The translations under genes and the position numbers were made by a program. A stretch of 24,383 bases of DNA. It comes from Saprospiraceae bacterium (GTDB lineage Bacteria > Bacteroidota > Bacteroidia > Chitinophagales > Saprospiraceae). Below are positions 1-7,650 of this stretch, piece after piece. Position 1 is the first letter of the stretch, and the number at the start of each line of letters is the position of its first letter. The notes below the pieces were generated by a model, which saw only the letters and a list, made by a program, of their open reading frames with translations, had not been told where the DNA came from and did no database searches. Location of the stretch: the NCBI GenBank assembly GCA_015494245.1, contig WGBN01000139.1:1-24383 (forward strand), read 5' to 3'.

Positions 1-3000
1 GTATGCCCCGTAAAGGTCTGCAGTTTTCCATCCGGCAGGCGGGCTTCGACCTGCCAGATAAACACGCCGGCGCTCATGGGCTTGCCGCGGTAATTGCCAT
101 CCCAGCCCACTACGGGGGAGTTCACTTCAAAATTGCCGGTTTCAAACAGTACTTCCCCCCAGCGGTCGTAGATGCGGAAGCGCTCTACGATGGTTCCCGG
201 GCGGCCATGCACCAGCAGCAGGTCGTTGACTTTATCGCCATTGGGCGTAAAAGCCGTGGGCACCAACACGGGATTGTCCTTGCTCACGTAAATCCTGACC
301 TTGAGCTCAGCCTGGCAGCCTACCGAGTCGGTAGCCGTCAGCAAATATACCAAGCCCTCCTTTGCAGAAGAAACCGGGTCATTGCAATCCAGGCAGGAAA
401 GCGTGCCTTCATAAGGCTCGTACCAGAGATAGCTCACCGGCCCCTGTTCGTTTTCTGCATAAGCGAAAAGCTGCACTTCCTCTCCGTAAGTGATTTGGAT
501 GGAAGTGTCGGGTATCATCACCAAATACAGCGGCTCGGGCTCTTCCAAGTCGGCAGAAGTGAGCCACTCACAGCCGTGGGCATCCTGAATGAAGATGTTG
601 TAGGAGCCCGCCGGCAAGCCGATGAAGGCATTGGAGCCGGAGAAGAACTCCCCATCTAAGCTATAGGAGAAGGGCGCCGTGCCGCCTTGCGGTTCGATGA
701 GCAGCGAGCCGTTTTCGTATCCATAGCAATCCGGCGGGTCAGGAGTAACGATGGGATCTATGGGTGCCGGCTGCAAAATTTCAATGGTATCCACCCGCTC
801 GCAGCCCAGGGCATCCGTGACGGTCAGGTAGTAAAAACCCGCGGGAAGGTCTGTCAGATCGGGTGTGGCCATGCCGTTGTTCCAGGCATACACATAATCG
901 GGTTGCCCGCCACTGACGTGCACCGATACAGCTCCTGCATCGTCGCCAAAGCAGGGGTTGTCAATTTGCTGGCTTTGGATGTTAATGGGCGGCGACTGAG
1001 GTACGAAGAAAGTCTCCTCAGCCTCGCAACCGCGGGAATCCTGGACGGTTACAGAGTAGTTGCCTGCCGGCAAATTCTGGGCCTGCGCACCTGTCTGCAT
1101 GCCTACCTGCGGACTCCAGAGGTAATCCACACTTCCCACCGTATCCTGCAAAGAGACCACAGTGGCTGCGCCTGTGGAATCCCCATAGCAATCTATGGGT
1201 GTTACTTCCAGAGTCATTTCTATCGGTGGCGTTTCGGGCAGGAACACACTGGCCGTTCCCGTGCATCCCTGGTCGTCGGTTACGGTAACCTGGTAGGTCA
1301 TGCCGCCGGGCAGGTTATCGGCGACATCGGTAATCTGCACGGGATTGGTGTTCCATTGATAGGAAAGCATGCCCGAGCCGGTGCCCCCGCTAACGCTGTT
1401 CACGGCTACAGCCCCATCGGAATCTCCGAAGCAAGTCGGGGGGACAAAGATGGTCGTTACTTCCACCGGCGGCAATTCGCTGATGGCCACATCCATTTCG
1501 GCAGAGCAGCCATTGCCATCATAAGCCGTAACGGTATAGGTGCCCGGGCTGAGGCCGGTAGCCAGGGCATTTTGCTGGCCGTTGCTCCAGCTATAGCTGT
1601 AATTGCCCACCCCGCCTTCTGCCATGGCAAGGGCTTGAGAAGCGCTCATGCCGGCACAGCCCATCAATGTTTGCCCTGCCTGTACACTAACCGGCGTAGC
1701 CGGTTCGCCCACCATAGCCGAAGCTGAAGCCGTACACCCATGGCTATCTGTTACGAGCAGGCTGTAAGTGCCCGTAGCTACATTGGCAAGTACGGAATCC
1801 GTAGTGGCGCCCACATCATTCCATTGGAAGCTGTAAGGCCCCGTGCCACCCTGTACGAGAGGCGTTATGGAGCCGCTGCTTTCGCCAAAACACAAAACGT
1901 CTTGCGGATTGAGGTTGACCACAAGGCTATCGGGTTGCTCAATGGTAATTTGCCCTGTGCTTTGGCAGCCGTTGGCGTCTTCTACCTGCACTTCGTAATC
2001 TCCCGCAGCCAGCATACTGGCCGTGGGGAAAAATTGCATGAGGGGATCGTTCCACAGATAAGTGTAAGGAGGCATGCCGCCCGTCGCTTCCACCATGGCC
2101 TGCCCGTCATTGCTGCCGTAGCAACTGATCTGCTGCGTCTGCGACATGTTGAGCACAAGGGCCTCAGGCTCTGTAATCGTAAAGAAGGTCGTGTCCTGAC
2201 ACCCCGCCCCGTCTGTAGTGATGAGCTGATGGTCGCCGGCACAAAGATTGCTGAACAGCGGGTCGGTCTGGTTGTAGGTATAAAGGCCTCCGAGATGCCT
2301 CACCTCAAAGCTGAAGTTGGGAACGCCGGCAACTACATTGATCTGCAAAGTACCATCGCAGGCACCCGCACAGGAGACTTCGGTGATGACGGTATCTATC
2401 ATCAGGCCACAGGGAGAATACACACATACAGCCGTCGCCGTATCCACTTCACAGGCAGGAGCTGTTATGTTGGGCACGACCTGCACATTCACCATATCAC
2501 CGGTTTGCATGCCCGTAATGACTTCTGCCAAATTGCCATTGTTGGGCGGCATCCAGCCCGAGCCGTCAATGTTGATGAGGTAGTCCGTAAGCGTGCCCAC
2601 CTGGTCCCAACTGATGTTCATGATGCCGCCGGAATCAGGCGTGCAGGTAATTTGAGTGGCCATATAAGAAGGCAAAACTTCGATGTGTACCGTATCGCTG
2701 TATTGACAATTGTAGCTATCGGTACTCTGCACCAGATAAGTTACCGGCACAGTAGGCTGCGCGGTAGGGTCAGGGCAGTTGCTGCAAGAGAGGTCAATAT
2801 TGGGCGACCAGAGGTATTGAACCTCATTGGTCGAGTTGAAGGTAATGTCCCAGGAGTTGAGCGTGCCAAAAGCCGTAGGGCCAAAGGCATCGCTAACGAG
2901 CAGCGACCAGGTGCCATTGATAGGCGCTCCATTCAAGACCGTCCAATCGCCTTCGGGCTGGAAGTTGCCGGTAAAGGGAGAAGAGCCGGAAGTAATGGGC

Positions 3001-5009
3001 GTTACGGCCGTAGGTGTAAAACAGGTTTGAGTATAGAAATCACTGCTACCGCCATTGTTGGAGGTCAGTTCCAGGAGCGCGCCATTGGGCGCCTGTAAAT
3101 ACACCACCACATCGGCGAGAAAATCCGTTTCAATGTCTATGCAGACGGAGACAATATCGGTGAAAACATCGGTGATAACAGCCGGATTGATGCTGTTGAC
3201 GTTCATGCTCGACACATAGGGATTGCCTGGCGGATGGTTGGCATTGCCGAAGGCATATTGGGGGTGAGATTCGAAAGTTACCGTATCCGTCAGATCAATG
3301 GAGGCAGACACATCCAAATCCACGCTCTCACCTACACAAATTGTGGTATCTGCTTCGGGCGTGAGGTTTTGCTGGCAGCTATAGCAGTCGGGATGGGTGT
3401 GGGGCAGGACGTCTATATCGAAGTCGTAGTCCCAAACACATCCGAATTCGTCTTCTACCTGATAGGTGTATAAAACCGTCCCTGCATTTTCCGGAGAAGC
3501 GGCAATGGAATCCTGCGTTCCGTAATAGATGGAAGGATGGTCCAGCCAGCCCCAGTTTGTCAGGGCCGGACTAAAGGTCTCCACATTGGGATAGAGCTCG
3601 GGGGCAAACTCAATACTCCAGGAAAAGATGAAGCCGTTGTCAATGCCCCAGAGGTCTTGCACGGAAATGGTCCACTCTCCATTCAACGGGCAGCCGAGGA
3701 AGTTGGAGAGAGGCTCGTAGGAGTTGTAATCTCCCGGAGGCAGCGTGCCCGGATTGTTGGCATTGGCATATTCAATCCAGGTACCTGCCGTAGCATCGGG
3801 CGTCCAGCAATAATCATAACCCACGCCGGGGATGGGCGTAGGCAGGCCTTCATCGGCTTCATAAGGCTCTCCGAGAAAGACCTCACCCCCTTCCTGTCCG
3901 GCAAAATTGTGGAGGATTACGCTGGTACCATCGGGACAGGTGAGAGAGATTTCCAGGTCGCGCATCCAACTGTGCTCCATGTTGACACAGATACCAAGCA
4001 ACTGGTTGATATCCGTCAACACCTGGCCTGGAGAGAATTCCGTAAAATTGAGGCTGGTCACATAAGCTGCTCCGGTGCCATCGGGCAGGGCCAGAGAATC
4101 CGAACGCGCCTGCTCCGTTTGAAAACTGGCCGAATTGGGCAGAGTGGAAAGTGTAAGCGTGGTGTCCACTGCATTCACAACAGCATCCAGAGAAACCGAA
4201 TCCCCTGCACAAATCTGATCGGGCAGCGCCTCTCCGGGAATGAATTGCGGCCGAGGCGCCACGCGCACGCGCTGACTGATGAAGTTGGTATTGGTACAGC
4301 CAAACTGGTCCGTAATGGTGAGTTGTACGGTATAGCCTCCCGGTTCATCGTACACATGTGAAGCAATGGGGCCTATCCCTTGGGTGCCATCTCCAAAATC
4401 CCAGGAAAAAGAAGAGGTGAAATCGGAATGGTTGTAAACGATGCCATCCTGCGGATACTCTCCATGCCCTTCCAAGTAAACGGCATCACCCGGGCAAATA
4501 TCAATATATCCGGTATCGGCCGGCTCAATGGCAGGGTCGGTTGTAGTCAGTACCGAGTGAATGGTTTGGCAGGCCGCAATGCAATTGATGTCGGCGCTCC
4601 ATCCCTGCCCCTCATCCGAAGCATCAGAGGTAAATACCACCGTCAAACAACCACTGGGATTGGCAGCCGTAGCCTGAATGATAAAAGGATTGCCTGCCGG
4701 AAACTCATCAGCACAGGCAAGCAAAGGCGCCGTGGCATCCGGCCCGTCATAAAAGCAAAGCACATCTCCTGCCCCCAGCAAAACCCCCGAAAAAACCAAC
4801 TGAATGTGCGTTCCCCCTACGCCATCCGAGCATATCGTTGTCGTGAAATTTTCATTGGGCCCATACGGATTAGCCCCTCCTCCACTATCCAGAAAGAAGC
4901 CATCACAGTCGTTGATGGGTGTGCCATCCATCAGATAGTTTTGAGAAAAAAGGTCTTGGGAAAAAATAAAGAAAGCAAGAACAAGAAAAACAGGTAAACG
5001 CAGCATCAT
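1..5009 (-). CDS. Large T9SS type-B (gliding motility-associated C-terminal domain) secreted adhesin-like protein, >=1669 aa, 3' end truncated by the window edge; signal peptide + CUB-like + PKD + two proprotein-convertase P-like domains + about 8 SprB repeats + CTD
   Basis: Manually translated from ATG at 5009: MMLRLPVFLVLAFFIFSQDLFSQ (signal peptide); DSGGGANPYGPNENFTTTIC...LCFYDGPDATAPLL...LTVVFTSD (CUB-like, ~4925-4580); FSWDFGDG...SHVYDEPGGYTVQLTITDQFGC (PKD, ~4480-4250); two P-like domains (~4065-3600 and ~3220-2835); xCxGxxxG...GG.P.Y.Y.W repeats (~2400-530); VPTAFTPNGDKVND...IYDRWGE...GWDG...GVFIW (type-B CTD, ~265-1). The frame reaches position 3 without a stop (no terminated minus ORF listed in this frame), and the long plus-strand ORFs here are all its in-register antisense shadows. 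Confidence 0.93.
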   Translation of the reverse strand, partial: MMLRLPVFLVLAFFIFSQDLFSQNYLMDGTPINDCDGFFLDSGGGANPYGPNENFTTTICSDGVGGTHIQLVFSGVLLGAGDVLCFYDGPDATAPLLACADEFPAGNPFIIQATAANPSGCLTVVFTSDASDEGQGWSADINCIAACQTIHSVLTTTDPAIEPADTGYIDICPGDAVYLEGHGEYPQDGIVYNHSDFTSSFSWDFGDGTQGIGPIASHVYDEPGGYTVQLTITDQFGCTNTNFISQRVRVAPRPQFIPGEALPDQICAGDSVSLDAVVNAVDTTLTLSTLPNSASFQTEQARSDSLALPDGTGAAYVTSLNFTEFSPGQVLTDINQLLGICVNMEHSWMRDLEISLTCPDGTSVILHNFAGQEGGEVFLGEPYEADEGLPTPIPGVGYDYCWTPDATAGTWIEYANANNPGTLPPGDYNSYEPLSNFLGCPLNGEWTISVQDLWGIDNGFIFSWSIEFAPELYPNVETFSPALTNWGWLDHPSIYYGTQDSIAASPENAGTVLYTYQVEDEFGCVWDYDFDIDVLPHTHPDCYSCQQNLTPEADTTICVGESVDLDVSASIDLTDTVTFESHPQYAFGNANHPPGNPYVSSMNVNSINPAVITDVFTDIVSVCIDIETDFLADVVVYLQAPNGALLELTSNNGGSSDFYTQTCFTPTAVTPITSGSSPFTGNFQPEGDWTVLNGAPINGTWSLLVSDAFGPTAFGTLNSWDITFNSTNEVQYLWSPNIDLSCSNCPDPTAQPTVPVTYLVQSTDSYNCQYSDTVHIEVLPSYMATQITCTPDSGGIMNISWDQVGTLTDYLINIDGSGWMPPNNGNLAEVITGMQTGDMVNVQVVPNITAPACEVDTATAVCVYSPCGLMIDTVITEVSCAGACDGTLQINVVAGVPNFSFEVRHLGGLYTYNQTDPLFSNLCAGDHQLITTDGAGCQDTTFFTITEPEALVLNMSQTQQISCYGSNDGQAMVEATGGMPPYTYLWNDPLMQFFPTASMLAAGDYEVQVEDANGCQSTGQITIEQPDSLVVNLNPQDVLCFGESSGSITPLVQGGTGPYSFQWNDVGATTDSVLANVATGTYSLLVTDSHGCTASASAMVGEPATPVSVQAGQTLMGCAGMSASQALAMAEGGVGNYSYSWSNGQQNALATGLSPGTYTVTAYDGNGCSAEMDVAISELPPVEVTTIFVPPTCFGDSDGAVAVNSVSGGTGSGMLSYQWNTNPVQITDVADNLPGGMTYQVTVTDDQGCTGTASVFLPETPPIEMTLEVTPIDCYGDSTGAATVVSLQDTVGSVDYLWSPQVGMQTGAQAQNLPAGNYSVTVQDSRGCEAEETFFVPQSPPINIQSQQIDNPCFGDDAGAVSVHVSGGQPDYVYAWNNGMATPDLTDLPAGFYYLTVTDALGCERVDTIEILQPAPIDPIVTPDPPDCYGYENGSLLIEPQGGTAPFSYSLDGEFFSGSNAFIGLPAGSYNIFIQDAHGCEWLTSADLEEPEPLYLVMIPDTSIQITYGEEVQLFAYAENEQGPVSYLWYEPYEGTLSCLDCNDPVSSAKEGLVYLLTATDSVGCQAELKVRIYVSKDNPVLVPTAFTPNGDKVNDLLLVHGRPGTIVERFRIYDRWGEVLFETGNFEVNSPVVGWDGNYRGKPMSAGVFIWQVEARLPDGKLQTFTGH

Positions 5010-5110
5010 CGGTTATCGAGTTTTTAGAGGGATATGTAAAGTATGTTTAACACAAGACATCCTCTTTTTACAAGGGGAGGGGTTCTTGTAATACATGCAA
5101 CATCAAGACA

Positions 5111-5130
5111 AGACTCCCCGAAGGAAGCCC
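5111..5130 (-). other. C(UUCG)G tetraloop hairpin in the putative 5' leader of the large T9SS gene
   Basis: Minus strand GGGCUUCC-UUCG-GGGAGUCU, an 8-bp stem including G-U pairs closed by C(UUCG)G. Confidence 0.6.
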
Positions 5131-5212
5131 GGCATTTGTTCAAGTGGGATTAGTTCCTTTAAGTCGGCTTTTCGAAAGGGCGCTTTCTTTTCCGCAAAGA
5201 CCTTTCTATCCG

Positions 5213-5243
5213 CAAATATACATGACTTAGCGGAGAATACAAA
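5213..5243 (-). promoter_or_regulatory. Bacteroidota primary-sigma promoter (-33 TTTG / -7 TATATTTG) for the large T9SS gene
   Basis: Minus strand TTTG (5243-5240), 19-nt spacer, TATATTTG (5220-5213); matches the established TTTG-N19-21-TAnnTTTG consensus. Confidence 0.75.
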
Positions 5244-5264
5244 CTCCCGACCACGCTATTTTCT

Positions 5265-6548
5265 CTAATTTGCGACATTTGGCCTGAAAAACTCCATGGC
5301 CGCAGTGCGCAGGTGCTTCAGCTCCTGCGGCACGGTTTTGGCGGAAGCCCATTGAAGCCATGCCCGCTTCTTCTCCCAATAAAAGAGCGCAAAAAAACCG
5401 AGCAGAGGCACGACAAAAGCAGCGAGCACGCCTTTCCATCCCCAAAGCAGCCCCCCAAGTACCATCAGTAGAATCAGATAAATCAAATAAAAGCCCATGC
5501 CCACCCCGATGGCCACCGAGGCTTGAAATTCAATCCGCTCTACCTTGCTCAGGGAGAGTTTATGAGCGGCCCAAAGTATAAAGTAGTTGAGCAGATATCC
5601 CAAAACAAAAGGCACAAAACCCAGAATGAGAAAGAGCCAATGCCCTATATGCAGGGAGCGCTTACGATACACAGCCCTGTCATTCAGGCCTGAAACTGCC
5701 AATGCCTTCCAATAAGCATCTACTTTTTCCTTCAACTGTTTTTTGCGCTCTTCATCCATCTCATTCACGGCATCGGCAATGGCCTTTTCCATGCGAAAAC
5801 GACTGTCATCTGAAAGGCTCACCGGCCACAAAGGCTCATCCTGCCGCTCCGTGCGATGCATGACAAACAGCCTTTCCACCAGCTCCTCATCTTCTTTGCG
5901 CTCAATGATGACGACCTTTTCGGCAAGCCGCTCTGCCAGCTCCTGCGTAAACTCGCGCAAAGCCCTGGGCGGCTTCTCTTCATAAAGCTTGCGGTATTCG
6001 CTCAAGCGCATAGGCTCGCTAAACTCAATCATCACTTCCGAGCGGAAGCGTTCGGAATAGGTATAATTCACCCCTACGGGCACCACATAAATCTCCTTGT
6101 CCGGAAACTGCGAAGCGGCGTTAAAAGCCAGACGCGCCACCGCCTTGCGAATGGGCCTCAGCCGTTTCTCATGCCGCGTATTGCCCTCTGCCAAAATCAT
6201 CACCGTCTTGCCCTCGCCCAAAGCCTGAGACATCGCATCCAACACCTTGTAATTGTCCCGAACGGCCTGAATGCCACTCTCATATTGCCGGAAAATAGGC
6301 AACATGTGCAAATCCCTCATCAAACGAGCGTAAAAAGGCTTGCTGAACAAGCCCCCCCTCACCAAAAAGTAAAGAGGCCGATCCAGCCAACACGCCAAAA
6401 CACAAGGCTCTATAAAAGCCGTAGGATGGTTGGCCGCCAAAATGACGCCCGCGTCCTTGGGGATGTTCTCTATGCCCGACAAAAATATCTTGCGAAAATA
6501 AGTGCCAAAAGCAATCCGTGCTATAGGGCGAACAATGAAATACAACAT
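5265..6548 (-). CDS. 1-acyl-sn-glycerol-3-phosphate acyltransferase family (PlsC/LPLAT-like) protein with C-terminal membrane helices, 427 aa
   Basis: GVILAANHPTAFIEP (motif I), FLVRGGLF, LPIFR, ILAEG (FPEG-like motif), VVPVGVNY; hydrophobic C-terminal segments (LFLILGFVPFVLGYLLNY, IGVGMGFYLIYLILL). Confidence 0.85.
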   Translation of the reverse strand: MLYFIVRPIARIAFGTYFRKIFLSGIENIPKDAGVILAANHPTAFIEPCVLACWLDRPLYFLVRGGLFSKPFYARLMRDLHMLPIFRQYESGIQAVRDNYKVLDAMSQALGEGKTVMILAEGNTRHEKRLRPIRKAVARLAFNAASQFPDKEIYVVPVGVNYTYSERFRSEVMIEFSEPMRLSEYRKLYEEKPPRALREFTQELAERLAEKVVIIERKEDEELVERLFVMHRTERQDEPLWPVSLSDDSRFRMEKAIADAVNEMDEERKKQLKEKVDAYWKALAVSGLNDRAVYRKRSLHIGHWLFLILGFVPFVLGYLLNYFILWAAHKLSLSKVERIEFQASVAIGVGMGFYLIYLILLMVLGGLLWGWKGVLAAFVVPLLGFFALFYWEKKRAWLQWASAKTVPQELKHLRTAAMEFFRPNVAN

Positions 6549-6607
6549 GCTCCTGTTTTACACTCCCAATCCAAACAAGCAAAAAGCCCGCTATTCAAAA
6601 TCGCTGA

Positions 6608-6615
6608 CAAAGATA
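6608..6615 (-). promoter_or_regulatory. Putative -7 box (TATCTTTG) for the acyltransferase gene
   Basis: Exact TAnnTTTG match ~60 nt upstream of the ATG at 6548; no well-spaced -33 TTTG seen. Confidence 0.5.
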
Positions 6616-6690
6616 CTATTTTCGGATAAACCATGAAGCAATCTCATCATTGAGCCCCACACACTCATAAAAAATTCCGAACTTGGGCCC

Positions 6691-7650
6691 ATGAAAAAAC
6701 TGCTCGTATTGGCCGGCCCTACCGCCGTGGGAAAAACGGAGTTCTCCATCCGCCTCGCCGAAACCTTCGGCATGGAGATTCTCTCGGCCGACAGCCGCCA
6801 GTTTTATCGCGAAATGAACATCGGCACCGCCAAACCGACACCCCAACAACTCGCCCGCGTCCCGCATCACTTCATCAACTCCCTCAGCATCTTCGATCAC
6901 TACGATGTGGGCATGTTCGAGCAAGATGCCCTCTCACTCCTCCAAAAACTCTACCAAAAACAAGACTCCGCCTTGCTCACCGGCGGCTCAGGCCTCTACA
7001 TCCGGGCCCTCTGTGAAGGCCTCGATGATTTCCCCGAAATCCCTTCCGAGGTGCACCGCAAACTGGAAGAAGACCTGAAAACAAAAGGACTACAAGCCCT
7101 CCGGGAAGAACCCAAAAACACAGACCCCCGCTACTACGAACAGGTAGATCTGCAAAATCCCAGGCGGCTGCTCCGGGCACTGTCCGTCATCCGGCATACA
7201 GGCAAAGCTTTCTCTGCCTTTCGGCAAATGGAGCAAGGCCAAAAAACAAAACCGCGCCCCTTTCAACCCATCTACCTCCTGCTCGAACGCCCCCGCCAAC
7301 AACTGTACGAACGCATCAATCAACGCGTCCTGCTCATGATGGAACAGGGGCTGCTGCAAGAAGCTCAACAGCTCTTCCCCCATCGCCACCTCAAAGCCCT
7401 GCAAACCGTAGGCTACCAGGAACTCTTCTCCCATCTCGAAGGAAAAATCTCCTTAGATGAAGCCGTCAGCCTCATCCAGAGAAACACCCGCCGCTATGCC
7501 AAACGCCAACTCACCTGGTTCCGAAAAGGCAACTGGCACAGATTTCCCGCCGAAGCAGAAAAGGAAATTTTAAGGTTTTTAAGAGCCTACACTTACCGCA
7601 GTACCAAAGGCAAAACCCCGCCCTTCCTCTCAAAAGAGAAATGCAGGTAA
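6691..7650 (+). CDS. miaA: tRNA dimethylallyltransferase, 319 aa
   Basis: LAGPTAVGKT P-loop, EILSADSRQFYREMNIGTAKP, VPHHFIN, TGGSGLYIRAL, NPRRLLRAL, TVGYQE, TRRYAKRQLTWF. Confidence 0.98.
   Translation: MKKLLVLAGPTAVGKTEFSIRLAETFGMEILSADSRQFYREMNIGTAKPTPQQLARVPHHFINSLSIFDHYDVGMFEQDALSLLQKLYQKQDSALLTGGSGLYIRALCEGLDDFPEIPSEVHRKLEEDLKTKGLQALREEPKNTDPRYYEQVDLQNPRRLLRALSVIRHTGKAFSAFRQMEQGQKTKPRPFQPIYLLLERPRQQLYERINQRVLLMMEQGLLQEAQQLFPHRHLKALQTVGYQELFSHLEGKISLDEAVSLIQRNTRRYAKRQLTWFRKGNWHRFPAEAEKEILRFLRAYTYRSTKGKTPPFLSKEKCR

Noticed and set aside
3-4997. Plus-strand ORFs 3-659, 687-1727, 1740-3098, 3234-3473, 3537-4361 and 4380-4997
   Set aside because: All start at positions divisible by 3, exactly in register with the codons of the minus-strand T9SS gene; no recognisable motifs. 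Antisense shadows.
5010-5212. Known riboswitch (c-di-GMP, cobalamin, TPP, SAM) in the T9SS leader
   Set aside because: No conserved core motifs recognised by eye; kept only as an unclassified structured leader pending Infernal.
7105-7130. Pro in MiaA LREEPKNTDP where a hydrophobic helix residue is expected
   Set aside because: A single substitution outside the catalytic motifs; cannot be told from ordinary variation or a base-call error.
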